64,000 nucleotides of DNA. Source: Deltaproteobacteria bacterium. GTDB lineage: Bacteria; Desulfobacterota; Binatia; Binatales; Binataceae. A model generated the notes under the pieces. That model worked only from the letters and a program-made list of their open reading frames with translations. It had not been told where the DNA came from and ran no database searches. The DNA lies in NCBI GenBank assembly GCA_027317185.1, contig DAHVFB010000001.1:35954-99953 (forward strand), in the 5' to 3' direction. Both the position numbers and the translations under genes were made by a program. Below, in pieces: positions 56,552 through 64,000 of this stretch. Position 1 is the first letter of the stretch; every line of letters starts with the position of its first letter.

Positions 56552-57646
56552 TTGTTAATTCACCCAACGCTCGATCGTATGAAAGCGGACAGCCGTAACG
56601 CATCGCGATGGTTAATTCGGCTGCTCCTGATTGTCATGTTGATAGCGGTGGCCGGCGTCGCCCAGGCCTGGGACGAGGCGATGTTCGCCAAACGGCCGCT
56701 GTCCGCTTTCCCAGTTCCGCCGGGGCGCGATACGGTGGTCGGCGAGCTGATGAGCTATCGGATTCGCAAGGGCGATACCCTGCTCGATATTGGACGCTGG
56801 TACGGACTCTCAGCCAAGGAAATCTCCGACGCCAATAATCATATCGACTGGTGGGCTCCGCCGGTTGGTCAGGAAATAATTCTGCCGACCGAGCACATCC
56901 TGCCCGAAGCGCCGCACGTGGGGCTGGTGCTGAACATACCCGAAATGCGGATCTATTATTTTCCTCCGCCGTCCATACCGCGCCGGCGAAAACATGGCGT
57001 GACATCCGCTTCATACAGCAACACCCGTGTGGTCTATACCTTTCCGGTCGGACTAGGACGTTTCGATTGGAAGACTCCAGTCAGCGTGTTCAAGGTGACC
57101 GCGAAAACTCACAATCCCTCCTGGGTCCTGCCCGAGGATATTTACCAGGAGCATCTGGAGCGCGACGGCGAAGCCGATCACGTGATTCCCGGCGGCGATC
57201 CGGATAATCCGCTGGGCCATTACCGCCTGAGCCTCTCGCTGCCGGAGTATGCGATTCACGGTACCAACGTGCCGTGGGGCGTCGGCATGACCGTCAGTCA
57301 CGGCTGCGTGCGCCTGTATCCCGAAGATATCGATCGGCTTTTTCATATCGTGAAAGTGGGCACGCCCGGCCGTTTCGTCTATCAACCGATAAAATTCGGC
57401 TGGCGCGATAACCAGCTTTATGTCGAGGTTCACGACGATCTGTACGGCAGATATCCCGGCCTGTGGAATCTCGCGCTGCACGAGGTGCAACGGCGCGGCC
57501 TACAGGACGATGTCGACGCACATAAGCTTGAAAAAGCAGTAGAAGCGAAAACCGGAATTCCAACCTACGTGATGCCGGGCGACGAACCGGATACGGCCGG
57601 CGCGCCGAGCACAGTCTCCAACACGGGTTCCACTCCCGCCAGCTAA
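56552..57646 (+). CDS. L,D-transpeptidase (YkuD) with LysM domain
   Basis: LysM (GDTLLDIGRWYGLSAKEISDANN) and catalytic HGT...SHGCVRL. Confidence 0.75.
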   Translation: MLIHPTLDRMKADSRNASRWLIRLLLIVMLIAVAGVAQAWDEAMFAKRPLSAFPVPPGRDTVVGELMSYRIRKGDTLLDIGRWYGLSAKEISDANNHIDWWAPPVGQEIILPTEHILPEAPHVGLVLNIPEMRIYYFPPPSIPRRRKHGVTSASYSNTRVVYTFPVGLGRFDWKTPVSVFKVTAKTHNPSWVLPEDIYQEHLERDGEADHVIPGGDPDNPLGHYRLSLSLPEYAIHGTNVPWGVGMTVSHGCVRLYPEDIDRLFHIVKVGTPGRFVYQPIKFGWRDNQLYVEVHDDLYGRYPGLWNLALHEVQRRGLQDDVDAHKLEKAVEAKTGIPTYVMPGDEPDTAGAPSTVSNTGSTPAS

Positions 57647-57690
57647 CCGGCTGGCGCTGGGTCCGATGGCATCGTAATCTGTTTCGTACG

Positions 57691-58872
57691 ATGCGGCAGA
57701 TACCTTTTCATCGCCCGCTTATCGGGCCGGAAGAAGAAGCTGAAGTAATCGACACTTTGCGCTCCGGATGGATCACCACCGGGCCCAAAGTCAAACGCTT
57801 CGAACGTGAGTTTGCCGAGTATGTCGGCGCACGGCGTGCGCTGGCGGTGGCGCACTGCACCGGTGCGCTGCATCTGGCGCTGTTTGCGCTCGGAATCGGC
57901 CCCGGCGACGAAGTGATCACCACGCCGTTCACCTTTACCGCCACCGCTGAGGTGATGGGTTACCTCGGGGCGCGGCCGGTGTTCGTCGATATCGATCCGA
58001 TCACTTTGAACATCGACCCGAACCAGGTCGAACAGGCGCTGAGCAGCGGCGCCCATCGCCGGGTGAAAGCACTGATGCCGGTGCATTTCGCGGGGCATCC
58101 CTGCGACATGGATCGGCTGGGCGCGATCGCCAGCCGGCACGGGATCAGGATTATCGAAGATGCCGCCCACGCGGTCGGCGCGGCGCGAACGATTGAGGGA
58201 CGCGGGATGGTGAAAATCGGCACCATCGGCGACCTCACTTGCTTCAGTTTCTATGCGACCAAAAACATCACCGCCGCCGAAGGCGGAATGATCACTACCG
58301 AAGATGACGCTTTGGCCGATCGCATCGCGGTCGCGAGCCTGCACGGGATGGATCGCGATGCCTGGAAGCGCTACGACGCCAGCGGATCATGGTACTACGA
58401 AATCCACGATACCGGGTTCAAGTACAACCTTTCCGATGTGCACGCGGCGATTGGTATTGTGCAGTTAAAGCGATCGGACGACTTCATGCGCCGGCGCGCT
58501 TCAATAGCGCAATCTTATAATCAGAGCTTCCAATCCGATCCCGCCTTGGAAGCCCCGCAAACCGAAGCGCAGATCGAACACGCATGGCATCTCTATGTGC
58601 TGAAACTGCGGCTTGATCGCCTGCGTATCGATCGCGCCCGCTTCGTCGAACTGCTGCGCGAGCGCGGGGTCGGCACTTCGGTGCATTGCATACCGCTGCA
58701 TACGATGCATTTCTATCGTGATCGTTATGGTTATCGGCCGGGTGATTTTCCGATCGCCGAAGAGGTCTTCAGCCGCTGCCTGTCGCTGCCGATCTATCCT
58801 GCTATGAGCGCGGAAGATATCAGCTACGTGGCTGAAACGGTGCTGGATTTGAGCCGGGAGCATCGGCGCTAA
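57691..58872 (+). CDS. DegT/DnrJ/EryC1/StrS (ArnB-like) PLP-dependent sugar aminotransferase
   Basis: 393 aa, typical fold-type I sugar aminotransferase motifs (FSFYATKNIT Lys region). Confidence 0.8.
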   Translation: MRQIPFHRPLIGPEEEAEVIDTLRSGWITTGPKVKRFEREFAEYVGARRALAVAHCTGALHLALFALGIGPGDEVITTPFTFTATAEVMGYLGARPVFVDIDPITLNIDPNQVEQALSSGAHRRVKALMPVHFAGHPCDMDRLGAIASRHGIRIIEDAAHAVGAARTIEGRGMVKIGTIGDLTCFSFYATKNITAAEGGMITTEDDALADRIAVASLHGMDRDAWKRYDASGSWYYEIHDTGFKYNLSDVHAAIGIVQLKRSDDFMRRRASIAQSYNQSFQSDPALEAPQTEAQIEHAWHLYVLKLRLDRLRIDRARFVELLRERGVGTSVHCIPLHTMHFYRDRYGYRPGDFPIAEEVFSRCLSLPIYPAMSAEDISYVAETVLDLSREHRR

Positions 58873-58890
58873 CCGGGTGAGGAGTCGAAG

Positions 58891-59838
58891 ATGCGGACAC
58901 TGGTGACCGGCGGCGCGGGTTTTCTCGGTTCTCATCTATGTGAGCGGCTGGTTAGGGATGGCCACGAAGTGATCTGCCTCGACAATTTCTTCAGCGGCAA
59001 GCGGGCCAACGTCGCGCATCTGCGCGGCCATCCGAACTTCGAGATTGTGCTCCACGACATCGTGAATCCGATTCTGCTCGAAGTCGATCGCATCTACCAT
59101 CTGGCTTGCCCCGCTTCGCCGGTTCATTACCAGTACAACCCGGTCAAGACCATCAAAACCAGCGTGATGGGCACGATCAACATGCTCGGTCTGGCTAAGC
59201 GGGTAAAGGCGCGCATCCTGCTCACCTCCACCAGCGAGGTCTACGGCGATCCGCAGGAGCATCCGCAGACCGAGAGCTACTGGGGTCACGTAAATCCGAT
59301 CGGCGTGCGTTCATGCTACGACGAAGGCAAGCGCGTGGCCGAGTGCCTGATGATGGACTACCATCGGCAGAACAATGTCGATATTCGCATCGTGCGCATT
59401 TTCAACACGTATGGCCCGCGCATGGCAATCAACGATGGCCGCGTGGTGTCGAATTTCTGCGTGGCGGCGCTGCGCGGGGAAAATCTCGAAATTTACGGCG
59501 ATGGCAAGCAGACCCGATCGTTCGCATACGTCGACGATCTGATCGAGGGCCTGCTGCGTATGATGGAAACCCCGGATTTGACCGGGCCGGTGAACATCGG
59601 CAATCCTGACGAATTTACGATTCTTGAGTTGGCCTCGCTCGCGATCGAACTCGCGCACAGTTCCTCGAAACTTAAATACATGCCGGCGCGTCCTGACGAT
59701 CCGGTACGGCGGCGGCCTGACATCTCGATGGCGCGCAAGTATCTTAACTGGGAACCGGCCACGCCGCTGCGCAAAGGACTGAGCTCGACGATGGAGGCTT
59801 TTCGCCACGAGCTCGGCGGCGAGGACCCCGGGCATTAA
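58891..59838 (+). CDS. UDP-glucuronate decarboxylase (UXS/ArnA C-terminal-like SDR)
   Basis: [17 protein letters not shown] catalytic motif. High similarity to the UXS family. Confidence 0.85.
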   Translation: MRTLVTGGAGFLGSHLCERLVRDGHEVICLDNFFSGKRANVAHLRGHPNFEIVLHDIVNPILLEVDRIYHLACPASPVHYQYNPVKTIKTSVMGTINMLGLAKRVKARILLTSTSEVYGDPQEHPQTESYWGHVNPIGVRSCYDEGKRVAECLMMDYHRQNNVDIRIVRIFNTYGPRMAINDGRVVSNFCVAALRGENLEIYGDGKQTRSFAYVDDLIEGLLRMMETPDLTGPVNIGNPDEFTILELASLAIELAHSSSKLKYMPARPDDPVRRRPDISMARKYLNWEPATPLRKGLSSTMEAFRHELGGEDPGH

Positions 59839-59946
59839 CGGAACGCCGCCCATATGCGATTATCGTCGCCCTTCCCTTCAGCTACGAGAGCTTCGCATGG
59901 CCGCTCTGGCCTCGTCCTTAGTTCTTAAGAGGTAACAGGTTCGTAT

Positions 59947-60726
59947 ATGCCGACCGCTTTGATTACCGGCGCTTCGGCGGGGATTGGCGAGGAATTCGCC
60001 TATGCGCTCGCCCGCGATCGTTTCGAGCTGGTGCTTACCGCGCGCCGTGAAGATCGCCTGCGGCAGGTGGCCGAAAGGGCCACCGCGCAAGGCGCCAGCG
60101 CGGTTCACGTTATCGCCGCCGACCTTGCGCGGCGCGAAACTCCGGCCGCGATCTTTGACCAAGTCGAGCGGGAAAACCTGCGAGTCGATTACCTGGTTAA
60201 CAACGCCGGCTTCGGCACGCGCGGACGATTTTCCGATCAGCCTTTGGATCGCGAACTCGAAGAGATCGACCTAAACGTCACCGCGCTGGTGGCGCTGACA
60301 CGTAAATTTCTCCCCCCGATGATCGCGCGCCATCACGGCACCATCATCAACGTTGCCTCGACCGCGGGTTTTCAGCCGCTTCCGTTCATGGCCACCTATG
60401 CCGCGACCAAAGCCTTTGTGGTCAGCTTCAGCCAGGCGATCGCGGCCGAGGCGGCCGGCACCGGCGTCAGGATTCTGGCGTTATGTCCTGGGCCGACCCG
60501 CTCCGAGTTCCACGCGGTGGCCGGGATCGAGGATGCGCGTACACCCGAGTTCATGTTCATGGACGTGAAGACCGTGGTGGCGCAGGGGCTGGCTGCCGCC
60601 CGGCGCGGCAAGTGGCTACATATCAATGGCGCGTTGAATTTTGTGCTGGCGGAATCCATCCGAATCGCACCGCGCACGCTGGCGACGCGTATCGCGGCCC
60701 GGCTTTATCGTCCCGCCCAAAGCTGA
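59947..60726 (+). CDS. SDR-family oxidoreductase
   Basis: TGASAGIG, NNAG, YAATKA motifs. Confidence 0.75.
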   Translation: MPTALITGASAGIGEEFAYALARDRFELVLTARREDRLRQVAERATAQGASAVHVIAADLARRETPAAIFDQVERENLRVDYLVNNAGFGTRGRFSDQPLDRELEEIDLNVTALVALTRKFLPPMIARHHGTIINVASTAGFQPLPFMATYAATKAFVVSFSQAIAAEAAGTGVRILALCPGPTRSEFHAVAGIEDARTPEFMFMDVKTVVAQGLAAARRGKWLHINGALNFVLAESIRIAPRTLATRIAARLYRPAQS

Positions 60727-60931
60727 CGCGGCCTACTGCTTTTAAAAGTGACGTGCCATTCGGCGCGCAATCCGTTCGAGATGAAATGCTTGGTGCTGTT
60801 GATCAGACCGGCGGCAAAAACCTTTTCACATACATCCTGCGGAAAAATTTCCTTTTCATCGCCCCGGCGCGATTCCTTCTGCATCATGCTACAATCGGCC
60901 ATCTTCATTTCTACAATTCCGGAGGAGGTAA

Positions 60932-61234
60932 ATGACCATGGCTTTCACGGTAATCGCAAAGATCAAATCCAAGCCGGGCTCCGAGAAGCAGGTTGAGCAG
61001 GCTTGCATCGAGATGGCCGCGAAGGTCCGGCAGGAAGCCGGCACGCTGACCTACATCATGCATCGCTCGACTAACGATCCGACGACGCTGATGGTTTACG
61101 AGGTCTACACGGACAAGGCCGCCTTCGAGCACCATCGCGGCACCCCGTATATGGCCGAATTGCATAGCAAGCTGACCAATCTGGTGGCGGGACCGCCGGA
61201 AGTGGAAACGCTGGAAGAATTCGCCCGCAAATAG
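60932..61234 (+). CDS. ABM-domain (antibiotic biosynthesis monooxygenase-like) protein
   Basis: 100-aa ferredoxin-like ABM pattern. Confidence 0.6.
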   Translation: MTMAFTVIAKIKSKPGSEKQVEQACIEMAAKVRQEAGTLTYIMHRSTNDPTTLMVYEVYTDKAAFEHHRGTPYMAELHSKLTNLVAGPPEVETLEEFARK

Positions 61235-61284
61235 CGGTGTCATCGAAACGGCGGGCCGGCGCCGTTCGATCCGATTCGAGGCTC

Positions 61285-62271
61285 ATGCCAAAAGCGATCG
61301 TGATGGGCGATCCGGCCCATTTTTCGGTTCGGGGCGGCGCCAATCCGCATACGCGCAACGTCCTCGGGATGAGAAAACGCGTTGACCCGGAGCTGGCGCG
61401 GCGGCAGTGGCACGCGCTGGCGCGTGCGCTGATTGCACATGGCGTCAATATTTGCGTGATCGGGCCGGATCGGAATTTGAGTGGACTGGTTTATCCGGCG
61501 AATGCCGGTTTTCTGTATCCGCCAAGTGGGCCGGAAAGAATTTTTTATCTCGCGAATCTGCTGCCGACGCGCGCGGCTGAGCGGGAAGTATATAGCCCGT
61601 TCATCCGCGCGATGGGGCTGCCGACGCGCGATATCGAATCGCGATTCGAAGGCGAAGCGGATCTCTTTCCGGCCGGACGCTTCATGATCTTTACTCATGG
61701 AGCGATCGAGCGGCAGCGCTTCGCGCCGCGCCTGGGCCTGCCACCCTGGCGGCGGATTTACGGCTTTCGCTCGGACAAAAACGCCCTCGGCGAGCTACAG
61801 CATATCGCGAGGGATCATCGTCCGCTGCTGAAGCTGGAACTTGCCTTGGAAGCGCACTACCACGGCGATACGGTGCTGTCGTCGTTCGGGCCGGATCGCG
61901 AGTTCATGCTCGCCTATATGGCGGGACTGAGCGCCGAATCGCAACAACGGCTGCGCGATGCATTCGATCGCAACCTGATCGAGCTGTCCGAACGCGACGG
62001 CCGACTCTATGCCGCCAACTCGTTCCAGACCGACTTCGCGGGCAAGCTCTACCTGTTCCTGCCGGAGGGTGTCAGCGACGCCCTGCTAAAGCGCGTGCGG
62101 GAGCGCGCAGTGGAACCGGTGACGGTAAATGTCAGCGAATTTCTGGCCAAGGGTGGCGGATCGATCAAGTGTATGATTCTCGACCTCGGCCAGATTGCCG
62201 ATCTGCCACCGGCGGCCGAAGCGAGAGCTTTTCGCGGCTGCCGCTCCTATTCGACACTGTTTGAAAATTGA
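61285..62271 (+). CDS. Amidinotransferase/pentein-superfamily protein (DDAH/arginine-deiminase-like fold)
   Basis: C-terminal GGGSIKCM with catalytic Cys typical of pentein-fold enzymes. Start at ATG 61285 (MPKAIVMG). Confidence 0.5.
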   Translation: MPKAIVMGDPAHFSVRGGANPHTRNVLGMRKRVDPELARRQWHALARALIAHGVNICVIGPDRNLSGLVYPANAGFLYPPSGPERIFYLANLLPTRAAEREVYSPFIRAMGLPTRDIESRFEGEADLFPAGRFMIFTHGAIERQRFAPRLGLPPWRRIYGFRSDKNALGELQHIARDHRPLLKLELALEAHYHGDTVLSSFGPDREFMLAYMAGLSAESQQRLRDAFDRNLIELSERDGRLYAANSFQTDFAGKLYLFLPEGVSDALLKRVRERAVEPVTVNVSEFLAKGGGSIKCMILDLGQIADLPPAAEARAFRGCRSYSTLFEN

Positions 62272-62285
62272 ATTCCGATGCCGGA

Positions 62286-62519
62286 TTATTTTTTCGGCGG
62301 CGGAAAAAGCTGCACACCGCTCTGTTGGTCAACCACCGTAATGGCCTTGACCGGACATGAACGCGCCGCCGCGATGATTACCGCGTCGGCCGCGCCGCTT
62401 TGATCGAAAACTTCGGACTTGCCTTCCTCATCCATTTGAAACACGCTCGGAGCATTCTCCATGCAATCGCCGCTCATGACGCAGCGCGCCTTGTTCACGG
62501 TGGTAACCAGCTTCGCCAT
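62286..62519 (-). CDS. Small single-cluster ferredoxin
   Basis: MAKLVTTVNKARCVMSGDC...CPVKAI (CxxxxxC...CP pattern). Start at internal Met of the track ORF. Confidence 0.6.
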   Translation of the reverse strand: MAKLVTTVNKARCVMSGDCMENAPSVFQMDEEGKSEVFDQSGAADAVIIAAARSCPVKAITVVDQQSGVQLFPPPKK

Positions 62520-62606
62520 ACTAAACTCCATGATGAATTCGATTGGCCTGCACAATAGAATCACGCTGTGCGCCACCGCAAGTGCGAAGCGGACAGGCTC
62601 AATTTT

Positions 62607-62999
62607 ATGATGGAAATTGTCGGTACCGGAATCGATCTAATCGAAGTCGAACGGATGCGGGCGGCGCTCGAAAATCCGGCCACCGGTTCCCGTTTCCGCC
62701 TGCGCGTGTTCACTGAACGTGAGGTCAGCTACTGCGAGTCGCGCGGACGCGGCCGCTACCAGAGCTATGCGGCGCGTTTCGCGGCCAAAGAAGCGGCGAT
62801 GAAGGCGCTGGGTACGGGATGGAACCGAAATGTGGGGTGGCGCGATATCGAAGTGGTGCGCGAACGCGGTCAGGCGCCCACCATCGCCTTGTGGGGCAAG
62901 GCGGCTGAGTTCGCACGGCGCAAAAAGGTGACGCGCTTCCACTTGAGCATCACGCACACCACGGCGAACGCGATCGCCCACGTGATCGCGCAAGCCTGA
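62607..62999 (+). CDS. acpS: Holo-[acyl-carrier-protein] synthase
   Basis: MMEIVGTGIDLIEVERM...FAAKEAAMKALG AcpS signature. Confidence 0.8.
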   Translation: MMEIVGTGIDLIEVERMRAALENPATGSRFRLRVFTEREVSYCESRGRGRYQSYAARFAAKEAAMKALGTGWNRNVGWRDIEVVRERGQAPTIALWGKAAEFARRKKVTRFHLSITHTTANAIAHVIAQA

Positions 63000-63006
63000 T
63001 CGAGTT

Positions 63007-64000
63007 CTACGGTTTGGTAGGAGTGGCGGTGGGCTGATTCGATACCCCGAAATCGTAGGCGGTCTTGTCGATCTGGCTGTAGTCGTCATTGTCTATCGAA
63101 TAGAGCGTCCGATTAGCGGTGGAGGCCGCGTAATCGAAACTCTGATTGCCGGGCGCGCCGCCCGGTGACTTGCTCATCAGGGTCAACTCGGACAGCTTGA
63201 TCGCACCCATCTGCTTGCCTTTGCGATCGAACAGCCGGATCAGCACGCGCGGCTGATCCATGCCGAACCGGTTTGGATCGGTCATCGGATCCGCCGCGAT
63301 ATCGTTGCCCTTCAGAAAACGCAACTGGTCGAGAAAATTCTCCACCACCGCGGTCTTGGCGGGTACGGTCTTGCCATTCCAGGTGATATCCCAGCCCCCG
63401 CCCTTGCGGGCAAGCGTGTACTGCTCAAGCGCCGATTCCACATCCACATGACCCACCGCGGAAGGATCGAAAGCCAACACCGTCTTGTCTCGCAACTCGT
63501 TGACCGACTTATCGAAACCGTTGAGCGATTCCTTGGTGATCGTAAAAACCGACGGTTGACCGGCGATCTGAATGTAAATCCCGTCGCGGCCGCCGACCAT
63601 ATCGTTGCCGAACTTCAACTCCTGCGACTGGCCCTGCTTACCGGTACGGACCGTGATCGTGAACCGCGGATGATCGAGCCCATACTCGGCCAGATTGCTG
63701 GCATTATCGACGACAAAATCCGCTGCCTTAAGATCGGCCAGCGAGCTTAGCGCACTCAGCACAGTGGTAGGATCGGCCTCGTAAGGCTGTGGTTTGACGA
63801 TCCGCCAACGGTCGCCATCGCGGGTTAAATCGATCGTGGCTCCGCCGGGATGATCGATCACGAATTGCTGCACCTGATCGACCTTGAAGTTGAGCAACTG
63901 GCGATCGCGAAAATCGTTGGCGGTCTTGGTGACGTCGGACGGAAACGATTCGTTAACCAGCACCACCGCCGGATTGCCAGCCACTTTCGCATAAGCGGAT
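63007..64000 (-). CDS. DUF4340-like protein, C-terminal part (gene runs off window end)
   Basis: Repeated modules ending in YGLDHPRF / FGMDQPRV typical of DUF4340. No start within window. Confidence 0.45.
   Translation of the reverse strand, partial: SAYAKVAGNPAVVLVNESFPSDVTKTANDFRDRQLLNFKVDQVQQFVIDHPGGATIDLTRDGDRWRIVKPQPYEADPTTVLSALSSLADLKAADFVVDNASNLAEYGLDHPRFTITVRTGKQGQSQELKFGNDMVGGRDGIYIQIAGQPSVFTITKESLNGFDKSVNELRDKTVLAFDPSAVGHVDVESALEQYTLARKGGGWDITWNGKTVPAKTAVVENFLDQLRFLKGNDIAADPMTDPNRFGMDQPRVLIRLFDRKGKQMGAIKLSELTLMSKSPGGAPGNQSFDYAASTANRTLYSIDNDDYSQIDKTAYDFGVSNQPTATPTKP

Noticed and set aside
1-64000. CRISPR arrays, rRNA, tRNA, IS elements
   Set aside because: No regularly spaced direct repeats, no rRNA-like or tRNA cloverleaf sequences, and no transposase ORFs were seen anywhere in the window.

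Overview
This 64-kb window comes from a GC-rich (about 65%) Gram-negative-type bacterial chromosome. The first 17.5 kb carries housekeeping genes. The middle of the window is a roughly 30.6-kb Mu-like prophage. The last 16 kb carries host housekeeping and cell-envelope sugar-modification genes. Some coordinates differ from the ORF track, which calls TTG/GTG starts as M, split selD at its in-frame UGA, and reads repeat-derived leaders into several ORFs. The final minus-strand ORF (63007 onward) runs off the window end, so the track's M at 63984 is not a true start.

Housekeeping block (1-17549), mostly on the minus strand:
- rny N-terminus, running off the window start.
- 5-formyltetrahydrofolate cyclo-ligase, zapA and zapB, with a 265-bp non-coding gap between zapA and the cyclo-ligase where 6S RNA (ssrS) sits in other bacteria.
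- ftsY and smc.
- An HNH endonuclease, rng, rlmI and moaC.
- trxB, followed by a selenium cluster: selD, read as a selenoprotein with an in-frame UGA, and selB.

Prophage (about 17710-48271), on the plus strand except the repressor and three cargo genes:
- A CI/LexA-like S24 repressor and a Mor-like activator.
- A lysis cassette: GH108 endolysin, holin, separate i- and o-spanins.
- Mu gp27-like small terminase, large terminase and portal.
- A 7.8-kb cargo island replacing the usual Mu F (gp30) position. It encodes lipoprotein or secreted beta-propeller, beta-helix and Kelch proteins, a Q/M-repeat lipoprotein, a SAM methyltransferase and an amidohydrolase.
- Mu gpI protease/scaffold, a decoration-like protein, gpT major head, gp36-like and gp37-like proteins, contractile sheath, tube and a tail assembly chaperone with a -1 frameshift site.
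- P2/Mu-type baseplate genes (U-like, X-like, D, V, W, J, I) and a tail fiber.
- No transposase, integrase or replication genes are present.
- The tape-measure slot is occupied by an RRM RNA-binding gene coupled to a 378-aa Ser/Arg/Thr/Pro-rich disordered ORF.

Downstream (48285-64000):
- A Rieske dioxygenase alpha/beta plus SDR operon.
- A 570-aa hypothetical, a BFN-PDZ protein, rlmE, uvrD/pcrA and an L,D-transpeptidase.
- A sugar-nucleotide modification cluster: DegT aminotransferase, UDP-glucuronate decarboxylase, SDR, ABM, a pentein-fold protein and a ferredoxin.
- acpS and a DUF4340-like gene running off the window end.

Other elements:
- A dispersed REP-like palindromic repeat family at 3517-3630 and 24689-24724.
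- A structured hairpin repeat in the moaC leader.

No rRNA, tRNA or CRISPR was found. All calls rest on reading the translated ORFs and the raw sequence by eye, with no searches run.
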